A stretch of 50,313 nt of DNA. It comes from Gemmatimonadaceae bacterium (GTDB lineage: Bacteria > Gemmatimonadota > Gemmatimonadetes > Gemmatimonadales > Gemmatimonadaceae). Positions 17,736 through 26,583 of the stretch are shown here, piece by piece. The stretch lies in assembly GCA_041743285.1 (NCBI GenBank), contig JBGTNB010000304.1, positions 1 to 50,313 of the forward strand, read 5' to 3'. The notes beneath the pieces were generated by a model. It was not told the DNA's origin. It saw only the letters and a list, made by a program, of their open reading frames with translations, and did no database searches. Position 1 is the first letter of the stretch. Each line of letters begins with the position of its first letter. The position numbers were made by a program, and so were the translations under genes.

Positions 17736-17847
17736 GGCTCAACTTTGGCGGGCCACGTGTCGAGACTTTGGATGATCGAGCCCCCCATCCAGGCGGTTGG
17801 CCGAAGAAGATTAAAATCCTCCAATCTGAACGAAACCCGTCAACGTC

Positions 17848-19125
17848 ATGAATATTTTCGTCGCCCGGCAACCGATTCTCGACCGCGATGGAAAGCTCGT
17901 CGGGTACGAGCTTCTTTACCGGACCAGCCTGGAGCAGAACTGGGCGTCGGGAGCGGATGCCAGGACAATGTCGTCGGACGTGATCATCCATTCCGTGCTC
18001 AACATGGGCCTGGAGCGAATCACCGGCGGGCTAACCGCCTTCGTGAACATCACGAGCGACATGTTGGTGAGCGATCTGTTCGAGCTGCTCGATCCCTCAC
18101 AGGTGGTCATCGAGCTGCTGGAGACGGCAGTCGGCGACCAGTACACCGTACGGGCATGCGAAAGACTTGCCGCGGCAGGCTACACTCTGGCCCTCGACCA
18201 CTTCGCCAGCACCGAAATTAGCGAGTCCATCTCGCGACTTGCCCACATCGTGAAGGTGGACTTTCTAGCACACACGCCCGAGGTCATCGCTGCGCTGGCG
18301 CGGTCGCTCGAGGGTTCCGGCGTGAAGCTGCTGGCGGAGAAGATCGAGAGCGAGGAAGCCTACCAGTTGGCCCGGTCGTTAGGATTCGAGATGTTTCAGG
18401 GCTACTTCCTGGGGTATCCCGAGATACTTGCCGAACGCAACATCCCGCTGGAGGGCCTTGGCATCATCAAGATCCTCAGCCTGTTACGCGACACTAATAC
18501 GTCGGACGAGCAGATCGAGGACGCGCTCGCCACCAGTCCAGGGCTGTCGTTTCTCCTTCTCCGCATCGTGGATCCGTCCGTGCGAGGCAGCGTGGGCATC
18601 CAGTCGATGGCCCACGCCATTCAGCTGCTCGGCCGCGACAAGCTTCAGCGTTGGTTGTCTCTGCTGTTCGCATCCTCAATGGCGCCGCGGAGCGAACTGG
18701 ACACGGAACGGGCGATACGGGCGATCGCCCGCGCACGGATGTGCGAGATGATCGGTCGTGCCAGTGGAGGGGGCGCGGCGGGTGGGCAGCTTTTCCTCGT
18801 CGGCCTGGTTTCGGCCTTCGTATCGCTACTCGAGATGCCACTCTCGGAAATTCTTTCGCGCGTTGACCTCGCGCCTGACGTGCGCTCGGCTCTGCTCGAC
18901 TCGCACGGTCCTTACGCCAACGTTCTGCAACTCGTGCAAGCCTATGAGTGGGCGGAGTGGGAGTACGTGCCCGCGCTCCTCGCAGCTACCGGCATGAGCG
19001 TGCGAGTTGTTACCGACCTCTATCTGGAATCGCTAGTATGGGCGAGGGATCGGCTGCGCGATCAGGATACCGAGATTGGCGACCGTGAGTTGGTCGAGAT
19101 GAAGGGGACCGCGTTCAGGATCTAG
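17848..19125 (+). CDS. EAL plus HDOD domain protein (c-di-GMP phosphodiesterase-like signalling protein)
   Basis: N-terminal FVARQPILDRDGKLVGYELLYR (EAL motif) with conserved N, E, D, K, E and Q positions visible. The C-terminal half matches the HDOD pattern (..SPGLSFLLLRIV..AIQLLGRDKLQRWL). Confidence 0.75.
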   Translation: MNIFVARQPILDRDGKLVGYELLYRTSLEQNWASGADARTMSSDVIIHSVLNMGLERITGGLTAFVNITSDMLVSDLFELLDPSQVVIELLETAVGDQYTVRACERLAAAGYTLALDHFASTEISESISRLAHIVKVDFLAHTPEVIAALARSLEGSGVKLLAEKIESEEAYQLARSLGFEMFQGYFLGYPEILAERNIPLEGLGIIKILSLLRDTNTSDEQIEDALATSPGLSFLLLRIVDPSVRGSVGIQSMAHAIQLLGRDKLQRWLSLLFASSMAPRSELDTERAIRAIARARMCEMIGRASGGGAAGGQLFLVGLVSAFVSLLEMPLSEILSRVDLAPDVRSALLDSHGPYANVLQLVQAYEWAEWEYVPALLAATGMSVRVVTDLYLESLVWARDRLRDQDTEIGDRELVEMKGTAFRI

Positions 19126-19221
19126 TGCAGCAGGTCTAACGCGCGTAATCGATCTCGAGAAGCCTTACCGTCTGACGCCGGAGACCTGTTTCCGGGAGCG
19201 CGCGGATATATTGCTCTCCGC

Positions 19222-19866
19222 ATGACTACCGATCCGGTCTCCGATAGCTGGGCTCGTTTATCCGATTCGCTGATCGGCGGAATAGCGCATGCGCTAAGCA
19301 ATCGGATAGCGACGCTTTCAGCGCTATCCGAACTCATGCGGATGGAAGATTCGCCGTCAGTGAACGCCGATATGCTGCGGGAGGAAGTCGGCCGGCTCGA
19401 GTTGCTCGTCCAGCATCTTCGGCTTCTGGGAGACGAATCGGCAGCCCCCGCCGAGGCGCTGCAACTACCCGAAGTTACCGCCGTGGCGATAGCGCTTCAT
19501 AAATACCACCGCGATCTAAGGGACGTAACGGTAATAATGGGCGGGGATATCAGGGTTGAGCCGGTGCATGTGTCGCGCTCGAGGCTCGTGCGGGCGCTGT
19601 TGATGCTGCTCGCGGCGTCGGCCGTAGCAGCGGGGCGCGAGAACGCGGTGCACGCCAACTTCTCGGCGGAAGATGCGTTGGTAAGAGTGAAGATGGGTCC
19701 AGATGCCAAGACGACCTGGAGTGCGGAGCCCTCCGACGCGCTGCTCGCGGGCGCACGCTCATGGCTCGGCGATGGCGAAGGTTCGATCTCTCGAGACGGG
19801 GCCATGATTCTGTTGGAGTTGCCTTCGCTGGCGGCGGTTAGGAAGCGGGAGCGCGGTACTTCGTGA
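19222..19866 (+). CDS. Sensor-less histidine-kinase-like protein (H-box present, degenerate ATPase domain)
   Basis: 214-aa ORF with the H-box-like GGIAHALSNRIATLSAL and C-terminal ..GEGSISRDGAMILLELPSL. No clear N or G boxes and no transmembrane or sensor domain. Confidence 0.45.
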   Translation: MTTDPVSDSWARLSDSLIGGIAHALSNRIATLSALSELMRMEDSPSVNADMLREEVGRLELLVQHLRLLGDESAAPAEALQLPEVTAVAIALHKYHRDLRDVTVIMGGDIRVEPVHVSRSRLVRALLMLLAASAVAAGRENAVHANFSAEDALVRVKMGPDAKTTWSAEPSDALLAGARSWLGDGEGSISRDGAMILLELPSLAAVRKRERGTS

Positions 19867-19972
19867 CGACCAGTTTTCCGACGAGCCGCGGCGGGGCCGG
19901 CGTATTCATGCGTTCTGGGGTTGGTTCGAAGGCGGCGTCTGCCCATCTTCATGTGCCTTCTCTCACACCCGG

Positions 19973-21580
19973 TTGTCCGCCACATGGCGACACCGCCTAC
20001 GTTCCGGCTCGCCTTCTCTAATCGCGGCGTCTTTGACCGATACCCGCCATTACGACGCGATCATCATTGGAAGCGGCATCGGCGGCGCCTTCGCGGCGCT
20101 AGCGCTGGTGCGGGCCGGGCAACGCGTACTGGTGCTGGAGCGGGGCGACTGGGTGCGGCGCAGCCCGGAGAACTGGCTGCCTGAAGGCGTCTGGGAGCTC
20201 ACTCCTGCGTATTCGACGGAGACGCCTTACGAACTGCGCACCGGACGTCAAAGGTCGCCTGTCGCCGGCTTCCACTGCGTGGGGGGGATGTCGGTCTTTG
20301 CCGGCGGCGTTGCCTTCCGCTTTCGCGAGGGGGACTTCGAGCCGCCTCCTGAAATCGTTGGGGATTCCGGTGCCGAGTGGCCCTATGGTTATTCCGACCT
20401 GGCTCCGTTCTACGACGATGCCGAACGAGTGCTCGGAGTGGCCGGCTGCACTGGTGAAGACCCGACCGAACCGGCGCGCGCGCAGCCGTATCCACAGCAA
20501 CCTGCGCCGCTGGCGGCGCTGTCGAGACGGATCGCCGCGTCGGCACGGGATCTCGGACTGTCTCCCTTTCGTTTGCCGCTGGCCATCAACTATGCGAATG
20601 GCGGGCGGCGCGCCTGCATCGGGTGCCTGACGTGTGATGCGCACGCCTGTGCGATAGAGGCTAAGAACGACGTTTCCACGGTGGTCTATCCCGATCTCAT
20701 TGCGCGGGGATTGGTGCTGGAGACAAACACTGTCGTGGCCGGCGTGGAAATGGACGGCACACGGGCTACGAAGGTGCACGCGGTCGATGCGAAAACCGGG
20801 GCCCGGCGTGCCTATCGAGGCACCCGGGTCTTTTTCGCTGCCGGAGTTCTCGCTACGCCGCACCTGCTGCTGTCTTCGGGTCTCGAAGCATACAACCCGG
20901 GGGGTGGCGTAGTCGGTCGCTACCTGCTCCGTCATTGCAACGCTATGACATTCGGGTTCTTCGATCGGCCGCCGAATCCGGCGGGCGAGTTTCACAAGCA
21001 GCTGGGCGTGCACGACTTCTACTTCGGCGATCCGGCCGGCGATGCACCCGAAGGCAAGCTCGGATGCATTCAGCAGGTGATGGCTCCGCCGGCCGGGAGT
21101 CTCCAGAAGCGGCTGGGGAAGCCGCTGATGCGGATGGTCGAGCCGACCCTCCGGCGTGTGACGGGGTTGCTCAGTATCGCCGAAGACCAGCCTCGCGCCT
21201 CGAATCGCCTGCGCATCAGTCGCAACATCCGGGACCGCCATGGACTCCCGAGAATGATCATCGAGCATGATTATTCGGCACGCGATCTTGCCGCCCGCCG
21301 CGCGCTGGTGGAATGGTGCCGGCGGATTTTGCGCGGAGCGGGCGCACGTTTTTCGTATACCCACCCTATCGACACGTTTTCGCATGCAGTCGGGACGGTG
21401 CGCGCCGGAGTCGATCCGAGTTCCTCGGCGCTGGACGCTGACTGCCGGTTTCGTGGAATCGACAACGTTTACGTGGTGGATGGCAGCTTCATGCCCACTT
21501 CGGCGGCTGTGAATCCCAGCCTGACGATTGCAGCCAACGCGCTTCGCACGGCGACCCGCGCCCTCGAGGAAGATCGGTGA
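19973..21580 (+). CDS. GMC family FAD-dependent oxidoreductase
   Basis: 535-aa ORF with YDAIIIGSGIGGAFAALAL and a GMC C-terminal region (HAVGTVRAG..VVDGSFMPTS). Confidence 0.8.
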   Translation: MSATWRHRLRSGSPSLIAASLTDTRHYDAIIIGSGIGGAFAALALVRAGQRVLVLERGDWVRRSPENWLPEGVWELTPAYSTETPYELRTGRQRSPVAGFHCVGGMSVFAGGVAFRFREGDFEPPPEIVGDSGAEWPYGYSDLAPFYDDAERVLGVAGCTGEDPTEPARAQPYPQQPAPLAALSRRIAASARDLGLSPFRLPLAINYANGGRRACIGCLTCDAHACAIEAKNDVSTVVYPDLIARGLVLETNTVVAGVEMDGTRATKVHAVDAKTGARRAYRGTRVFFAAGVLATPHLLLSSGLEAYNPGGGVVGRYLLRHCNAMTFGFFDRPPNPAGEFHKQLGVHDFYFGDPAGDAPEGKLGCIQQVMAPPAGSLQKRLGKPLMRMVEPTLRRVTGLLSIAEDQPRASNRLRISRNIRDRHGLPRMIIEHDYSARDLAARRALVEWCRRILRGAGARFSYTHPIDTFSHAVGTVRAGVDPSSSALDADCRFRGIDNVYVVDGSFMPTSAAVNPSLTIAANALRTATRALEEDR

Positions 21581-22587
21581 GCGTAGCCGAGGCCGTCGGC
21601 TCGCCGGTTCGATTGGTGTTCCTGGGCTGCGGCGCGGTAACCGCCTCGCACAGCCGCACATTACGCGCCTTCCGCGGGCGCGTCAGCTGCCTGTACGCCA
21701 GTCGTCAGGCTGAACGCGCGCAGGAATTCAGCGCTCGTTTCGGCGGGGCCGGGTCGTTCGGCTCGTACGAGGACGCAATCTCGAGCGGCGACGTCGATGC
21801 GGTCCTGGTCGCTACGCCTCCAGATTCCCACCTGTCGCTCACAATGGCGGCGCTCGCGGGGGGGAAGCACGTCATCGTAGAGAAGCCACCATTCCCGAGG
21901 GCGGCCGATGCCGCCGATGTGGCTCGTGAGGCGCGCGCTCGCAGCCGTCAGGTGCTGGTAGCCGAGAACTATTACTACAAGCCTCTGGCCGAGTCGCTGC
22001 GCCGTATAATCGGCTCGGGCCAGCTTGGCCGGATCCTGTTCCTGGATGTGAAGGCTCTCAAGATGCAGCACACCGGCGACTGGCGGGACGAGCCCTCCCG
22101 GGTGCTTGGCGGAGCGCTTTACGAAGGGGGCATACATTGGATCAACTTCATGGCCAACCTCGGTTTGACGCCCGAACGCGTGGAGGCGTTCCGTCCGGGT
22201 ACAGGCGCGGGACTCGAGCGCAGCCTTCTGATCACCATGCGGTATGCCGAAGGCGCGGTTGGCACGCTGGCGTTCTCCTGGGAAACACCGTCGCCATTGA
22301 AGGGAGTGCGCCTGTCGCGGATCTACGGAACAAACGGATCGGTGGCGTTCGAGTCCAACGGACTATTCGTCGCGCAATTCGGAGCGCGCCGCCGCATGAC
22401 GTTTCCCGGGGTGCGCAGGATGACGGGATCGCACGCGATGTTCGATGATTTTCTTTCGGCGCTGGCGCAAGGACGTCCGCCGCGCTTCACAATCTCCGCC
22501 GCTCAGCGCGATCTCGAGTTGATCGAGGCCGCCTATCGCTCGGCGGGGATCACGACCAATCCTATCACTCCGGAATCCACCGTATGA
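21577..22587 (+). CDS. Gfo/Idh/MocA family oxidoreductase
   Basis: GTG start overlaps the GMC stop (GTGA). Rossmann motif RLVFLGCGAVTASH and the EKP motif VIVEKP. Confidence 0.8.
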   Translation: MSVAEAVGSPVRLVFLGCGAVTASHSRTLRAFRGRVSCLYASRQAERAQEFSARFGGAGSFGSYEDAISSGDVDAVLVATPPDSHLSLTMAALAGGKHVIVEKPPFPRAADAADVAREARARSRQVLVAENYYYKPLAESLRRIIGSGQLGRILFLDVKALKMQHTGDWRDEPSRVLGGALYEGGIHWINFMANLGLTPERVEAFRPGTGAGLERSLLITMRYAEGAVGTLAFSWETPSPLKGVRLSRIYGTNGSVAFESNGLFVAQFGARRRMTFPGVRRMTGSHAMFDDFLSALAQGRPPRFTISAAQRDLELIEAAYRSAGITTNPITPESTV

Positions 22588-23411
22588 ACGTGTTCTTGGG
22601 GCTCATTGTCGGACTGCTCGCCGGCGCGCACACCGCTACCTGGGGGATGTACAAGGATGCGGTGCACGAGGGGTTCGGCGCACGCTACCTCCGCAGCGTC
22701 CTGATTGGCGGCGTGGTTGCGGGGGGCCTCGTCTACGGTCTGGATATCGACATGAGCCGCGCCTCGAACTACGTCATACTGTTCGGCCTCGTCTACGTTC
22801 TCGAACGGGTGATAACGGAATTCTGGAAGACGTTCATTCGCGTGGAAGATCAGTCGAAGTACTTCATCCCGATGCAGTTCACGGTCTTCGGCAAAGTGCA
22901 GAACCGCAGGACACAGCTCCTGTCAGGCGCTGCCTGGCTCACCGTCGTGCTCCTTCTGATCACGGGACTGGTATGGTTCCAGCGCTTGACTCCCGACCCG
23001 ATTCCAGGGTGGCTGGCGGTTGGAATTGCCGGAAGCCTCGGTGGCTGGATCGCCGCTGTAGGCGGCGCATGGAAGGATGCGCCTTACGAGGGCTTCGAGT
23101 GGTTCAAGTTCTTTCGCAGCCCGTTCGTCGCTCTCTGCTATGGAATCCTGATCGCGCACTTCACCGACAGTTTGCTGGTCATCGCGCTGGCTGGTGAAGG
23201 CTTCACCGTGGCAACGCTCGAGACGTACAAGACCTTCTTTTTTCCCAACAAACCACGCGGAAAGTGGACGGGTAAGCCGATTCTATATCCGGATATGCTA
23301 CGCAAGCGACAGTATTTCCTGCCGCTCTACATCGGTATTTGGGTAGCCATCGTCACGGCGTTCGTGGTCGCCTTCCGTCAGCCGCATGCGGGACTGGTGA
23401 ATATTCTCTAG
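22584..23411 (+). CDS. Integral membrane protein of unknown family, translationally coupled to the two oxidoreductases
   Basis: ATGA overlap with the upstream gene. 275 aa with about 7-8 hydrophobic spans. No motif recognised. Confidence 0.6.
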   Translation: MNVFLGLIVGLLAGAHTATWGMYKDAVHEGFGARYLRSVLIGGVVAGGLVYGLDIDMSRASNYVILFGLVYVLERVITEFWKTFIRVEDQSKYFIPMQFTVFGKVQNRRTQLLSGAAWLTVVLLLITGLVWFQRLTPDPIPGWLAVGIAGSLGGWIAAVGGAWKDAPYEGFEWFKFFRSPFVALCYGILIAHFTDSLLVIALAGEGFTVATLETYKTFFFPNKPRGKWTGKPILYPDMLRKRQYFLPLYIGIWVAIVTAFVVAFRQPHAGLVNIL

Positions 23412-23860
23412 CCGGCGGCGAGTGCCTGGCGCAACGCGGTTCGATTGTCCGCTACCTCGCGCGCGAGTACGCTAGCGGTCGACATTAGCACGTCGAGGGC
23501 GTGGGTCAGCTCGGGGGTGAGCGCGGAACCCAGCGTCGTGGCTATTGCCGCAACGCCATCGTCCTCCGGTGCGCCGAGCGTGCGGTAAATGCCGTGTCGG
23601 CGCCGTCGTGCTTCGGCGAGGGTGTGAAGCACGCGCTGCGTGGCGAACACGCTGTCATCCATCCCCGGCAAGTCATCACGCGATGCGGCGTCGCGCTGTT
23701 GCCGCATTATGGCAATGAGGTCGTTGAGAAGCCGTGTCTCCGAGAAGAAAGCGTCGCTCAGTGCCGATGCGGCGGCCGGCGAGCGCGGATCGAGAGTCGG
23801 CATCGTGGTGACCGCACACAGGCTGCCTAGCGTGGCGCGCCCGTCCGGAGTCCCGGTCAC
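23408..23860 (-). CDS. Hypothetical helical protein coupled to fliA (FlgN-like?)
   Basis: GTGA overlap with the fliA stop. The segment ETRLLNDLIAIMRQQRDAASRDDLPGMDD..LAEARRRR resembles the FlgN helix pattern. The functional call is weak. Confidence 0.4.
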   Translation of the reverse strand: MTGTPDGRATLGSLCAVTTMPTLDPRSPAAASALSDAFFSETRLLNDLIAIMRQQRDAASRDDLPGMDDSVFATQRVLHTLAEARRRRHGIYRTLGAPEDDGVAAIATTLGSALTPELTHALDVLMSTASVLAREVADNRTALRQALAAG

Positions 23861-24696
23861 GCGACGTCGGCGCGCAGTGATCCAAGCACAGCGCGCAGCC
23901 GTGAGAGAGCCTTGGTGCGGATCTGCGATGCGCGACTCTCGGTCAGGCCTAGTATCGCGGCTATCTCGTGCAGCTTGAGCTCCTCGAAGTAGTATAGCGA
24001 AAGGACTATCCGCTCCTGCTTCTTCAGTTGGAGAATTGCGTCTCGCAGGACGGCGACTTCCTGCCCCAACGTGATACGGTCCTCGATCTCCTCATTACTG
24101 CCATCGGAGATCATGTCGGCCGGGGTCGGCGTGTAATCCTCACCATCGCCCGCCGTGCGCTCCAGGGAGATGTGGACCGCGCTTTCCAGGTCCGTCTTCC
24201 AGCGCCAGAGGGTGTCGATGTCGACTCCGAGGTGACTGGCCAGCGCGCGATCGTCAGGCATCTGGCCCAGCGTTCGAGTGAGAGTTTCCCGTGCGGCGCC
24301 GATGTCGCGGGACTTGCGGCGAATCGAGCGTGGTACGTGGTCGAGACGGCGCAGCTCGTCGAGAATGCTTCCCCGAATGCGCGGCACGGCGAAAGTGCTG
24401 AAGGCCAGCCCTCGCTCAACGTCGAAATGGTCGAGAGCGCTCATGAGGCCCATTGCACCGGCGCTCACGAGCTCATCGAAGTCGGCTTGCGGAGCGAGCG
24501 TTCTAGAGAGCTGCCTCGCCACGTGGTGAACAAGGTTCAGATGCGCGGCGAGCAGCGCCTCTCGCGCGGCGATGTCACCGGCGGCGTGGCGGCTCCATAA
24601 CGATGTTTGTATTCCCACGGAATCCTCCGGATCTTGGGCGGCGACGGAGGTTCGGCGCAGCGCAGCTTCGATGCCTGTGGGGTATTGGCAAGGCAT
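23857..24696 (-). CDS. fliA: FliA/WhiG family RNA polymerase sigma-28 factor
   Basis: Region 2 (LVHHVARQL..DFDELVSAGAMGLMSALDHFD) and region 4 HTH (LSLYYFEELKLHEIAAILGLTESRASQIRTKAL). Confidence 0.8.
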   Translation of the reverse strand: MPCQYPTGIEAALRRTSVAAQDPEDSVGIQTSLWSRHAAGDIAAREALLAAHLNLVHHVARQLSRTLAPQADFDELVSAGAMGLMSALDHFDVERGLAFSTFAVPRIRGSILDELRRLDHVPRSIRRKSRDIGAARETLTRTLGQMPDDRALASHLGVDIDTLWRWKTDLESAVHISLERTAGDGEDYTPTPADMISDGSNEEIEDRITLGQEVAVLRDAILQLKKQERIVLSLYYFEELKLHEIAAILGLTESRASQIRTKALSRLRAVLGSLRADVA

Positions 24697-24976
24697 GGCC
24701 CATGCCGAGGCACAGCCCGCTGGTCGCCAGAGTTAACTTCATGCCACAAAATGACTTGTGACGGCGCATGGCTCGGGTGGAGGTAGGTCGATGGCGCCGG
24801 GCGGACGAAAGTTCCGTGACGGACCGGGAAGGAATTGCCGCCCCCCTCATGAAAAGGATGCCAGCGCCCCCAATGCCACGTCCGATAATGGCCAGCCCCG
24901 CTTCCAGGCGCGTGCTATTCTACTTCCAGCGGCTTATCGTCCGCAGGCGAACTCTCTCACCCAATCCGATCGTCAC

Positions 24977-25489
24977 ATGCTGCGCTTCGATGTCATGCCA
25001 TCGCCCGTCGGCGAGCTGATGCTCGTTGCTTCCGACTCTCATCTCGCCGGGGTGTACTTCACGCCGCATCCTGGCGGTGGGATCGGCAGCGGGGAGTGGG
25101 AACGAGCAACAGGAGGAACAGCCGCCGACGCGATTCTCACCGAGGTCCGCGCTCAGCTCACCAGCTATTTCGCCGGCGCGTCCACCCAGTTCGACTTGCC
25201 GCTTGGAGCGCAGGGCACTCCGTTCCAGACTCGAGTTTGGGAAGCTCTGCGCGCCATTCCCCACGGGCAGACCATCAGCTATGGCGAGCTGGCCCGGAGG
25301 CTCGGCGCTCCGAAAGCGATGCGAGCGGTCGGCGCGGCAAACGGGCGCAATCCAATACCGATCATCGTACCCTGCCACCGTGTGATAGGCGCACGCGGTG
25401 ACTTGACAGGGTTCGGCGGTGGACTGGAGCGGAAGCGCTGGCTCCTCGCGCATGAGGGAGGAGGGGTGGGGGAGTTGCTCGTGGGCTGA
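24977..25489 (+). CDS. ogt: Methylated-DNA-[protein]-cysteine S-methyltransferase
   Basis: Active site [12 protein letters not shown], with ATG at 24977 ([14 protein letters not shown]..). The upstream ORF extension from 24758 is rejected. Confidence 0.85.
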   Translation: MLRFDVMPSPVGELMLVASDSHLAGVYFTPHPGGGIGSGEWERATGGTAADAILTEVRAQLTSYFAGASTQFDLPLGAQGTPFQTRVWEALRAIPHGQTISYGELARRLGAPKAMRAVGAANGRNPIPIIVPCHRVIGARGDLTGFGGGLERKRWLLAHEGGGVGELLVG

Positions 25490-25496
25490 CGGAGTC

Positions 25497-25564
25497 GAGA
25501 TGGGAAATGCGAGTTGCGAGAACGGCTGCGCGTTGCCGTCCTCGCATCTCGCATCTCTCATCTC
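25497..25564. terminator. Heptad-armed hairpin between convergent ogt and the reductase gene (bidirectional terminator candidate)
   Basis: Arms GAGATGGGAAATGCGAGTTGCGAG (25497-25520) and CTCGCATCTCGCATCTCTCATCTC (25541-25564) pair at 21 of 24 positions. The 20-nt loop has its own small stem. The stops at 25487-25489 and 25568-25570 flank it. Confidence 0.6.
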
Positions 25565-25567
25565 ACT

Positions 25568-26557
25568 TCACAGTCTCCTTCCCTCCGGCACCAAGCTCTT
25601 GTTTATCGCCGCCGCGGCTACGGCGCCGTGGGCGGCGGCCACTATGCCAAGGTGCGGACCGGGTACGATGTCGCCGGCGGCGAATACGTTAGGAATCGAA
25701 GTGCGAAATGCCTTGTCGACCTCGATCATGCCCTCGTGGTCGCGCTCGCATCCGATCTGCGCCGCCAGATCGTCGGCCAGCCCATGGCCTATCGAGAAGA
25801 AAATGCGATCGCACGGCAGTTCACTGCCTCGCTCGAACTCGAGCGCCCGTACCGCGCCCTCATTGTTATGCAGGCGGGTGATGGATTCGGTGCGGACGGA
25901 AATGCCTAGGGCATCGAGCTTCTCGTGATGCTCGGGCTCGATACGAGCCGGAGCCCCGTTGGTGCAGATCGTGATCTGGTCACTCCAGGTAGACAATGAG
26001 AAAGCCATTCCGACCGCGCTCCTGCCCGACGCGATGACGGCGATGCGGCAACCGCTGGCTTCGTAACCGTCGCAGTCCGGACAGTGGTGCACCGTGTCTC
26101 CGTAACAAGGGTCCAGCCCCGCGACGTCCGGCCAGACATCCTTGATCCCGAACGCCAACAGCAGACGTCGTGCAGTCACCTGGTAGGGAGCGGCGACCGA
26201 GCGCGTCTCCAGCTCGCGCGGGGTCGCTTTCTCAACGGCCAGCGGCTGAATCTCGAGCTGAAACTCCTCCTCGCCGAGCCGGGAGATGCGCTCCACGTGC
26301 GCATCGACCAGCTCGGCACCGAACCGGCGGGCCTCGTCCCGGCCGCGCCCCCGAAGATCGAACGGCAGCACATCGGGAAGGCCGAGATACCCGTGGATTC
26401 CGCGCGTTTCCCAGTTGCGTGGATCGCCCGAGTCGAAGAGCACGACGCGGCGACGGTAGCGGCCCAGCCATATGGCAGCACTCAGTCCCGCCGGTCCGCC
26501 GCCGACGATCGCCACTTCGTAGATGTGATCTGAGCTCATGCGCGCGCACTTTTGCAA
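25568..26557 (-). CDS. Thioredoxin-reductase-like FAD/NAD(P)-dependent oxidoreductase
   Basis: VAIVGGGPAGLSAA, the redox CxxC (HHCPDCDGYE) and a second dinucleotide fold (IAVIASGRSA). Confidence 0.75.
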   Translation of the reverse strand: MQKCARMSSDHIYEVAIVGGGPAGLSAAIWLGRYRRRVVLFDSGDPRNWETRGIHGYLGLPDVLPFDLRGRGRDEARRFGAELVDAHVERISRLGEEEFQLEIQPLAVEKATPRELETRSVAAPYQVTARRLLLAFGIKDVWPDVAGLDPCYGDTVHHCPDCDGYEASGCRIAVIASGRSAVGMAFSLSTWSDQITICTNGAPARIEPEHHEKLDALGISVRTESITRLHNNEGAVRALEFERGSELPCDRIFFSIGHGLADDLAAQIGCERDHEGMIEVDKAFRTSIPNVFAAGDIVPGPHLGIVAAAHGAVAAAAINKSLVPEGRRL

Positions 26558-26583
26558 GAAGCGCGCGCCGTGCTTCCGGCGGT

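Noticed and set aside
20099-21661. 520-aa minus-strand ORF (similar cases: 11780-13411 plus strand, 10343-11152, 6748-7614, 475-1182)
   Set aside because: All are antisense to genes with strong family motifs (GMC, DEAD-box helicase, epimerase, DUF885, Gfo/Idh/MocA). All have the R/A/P/G-rich composition expected from stop-poor high-GC antisense frames.
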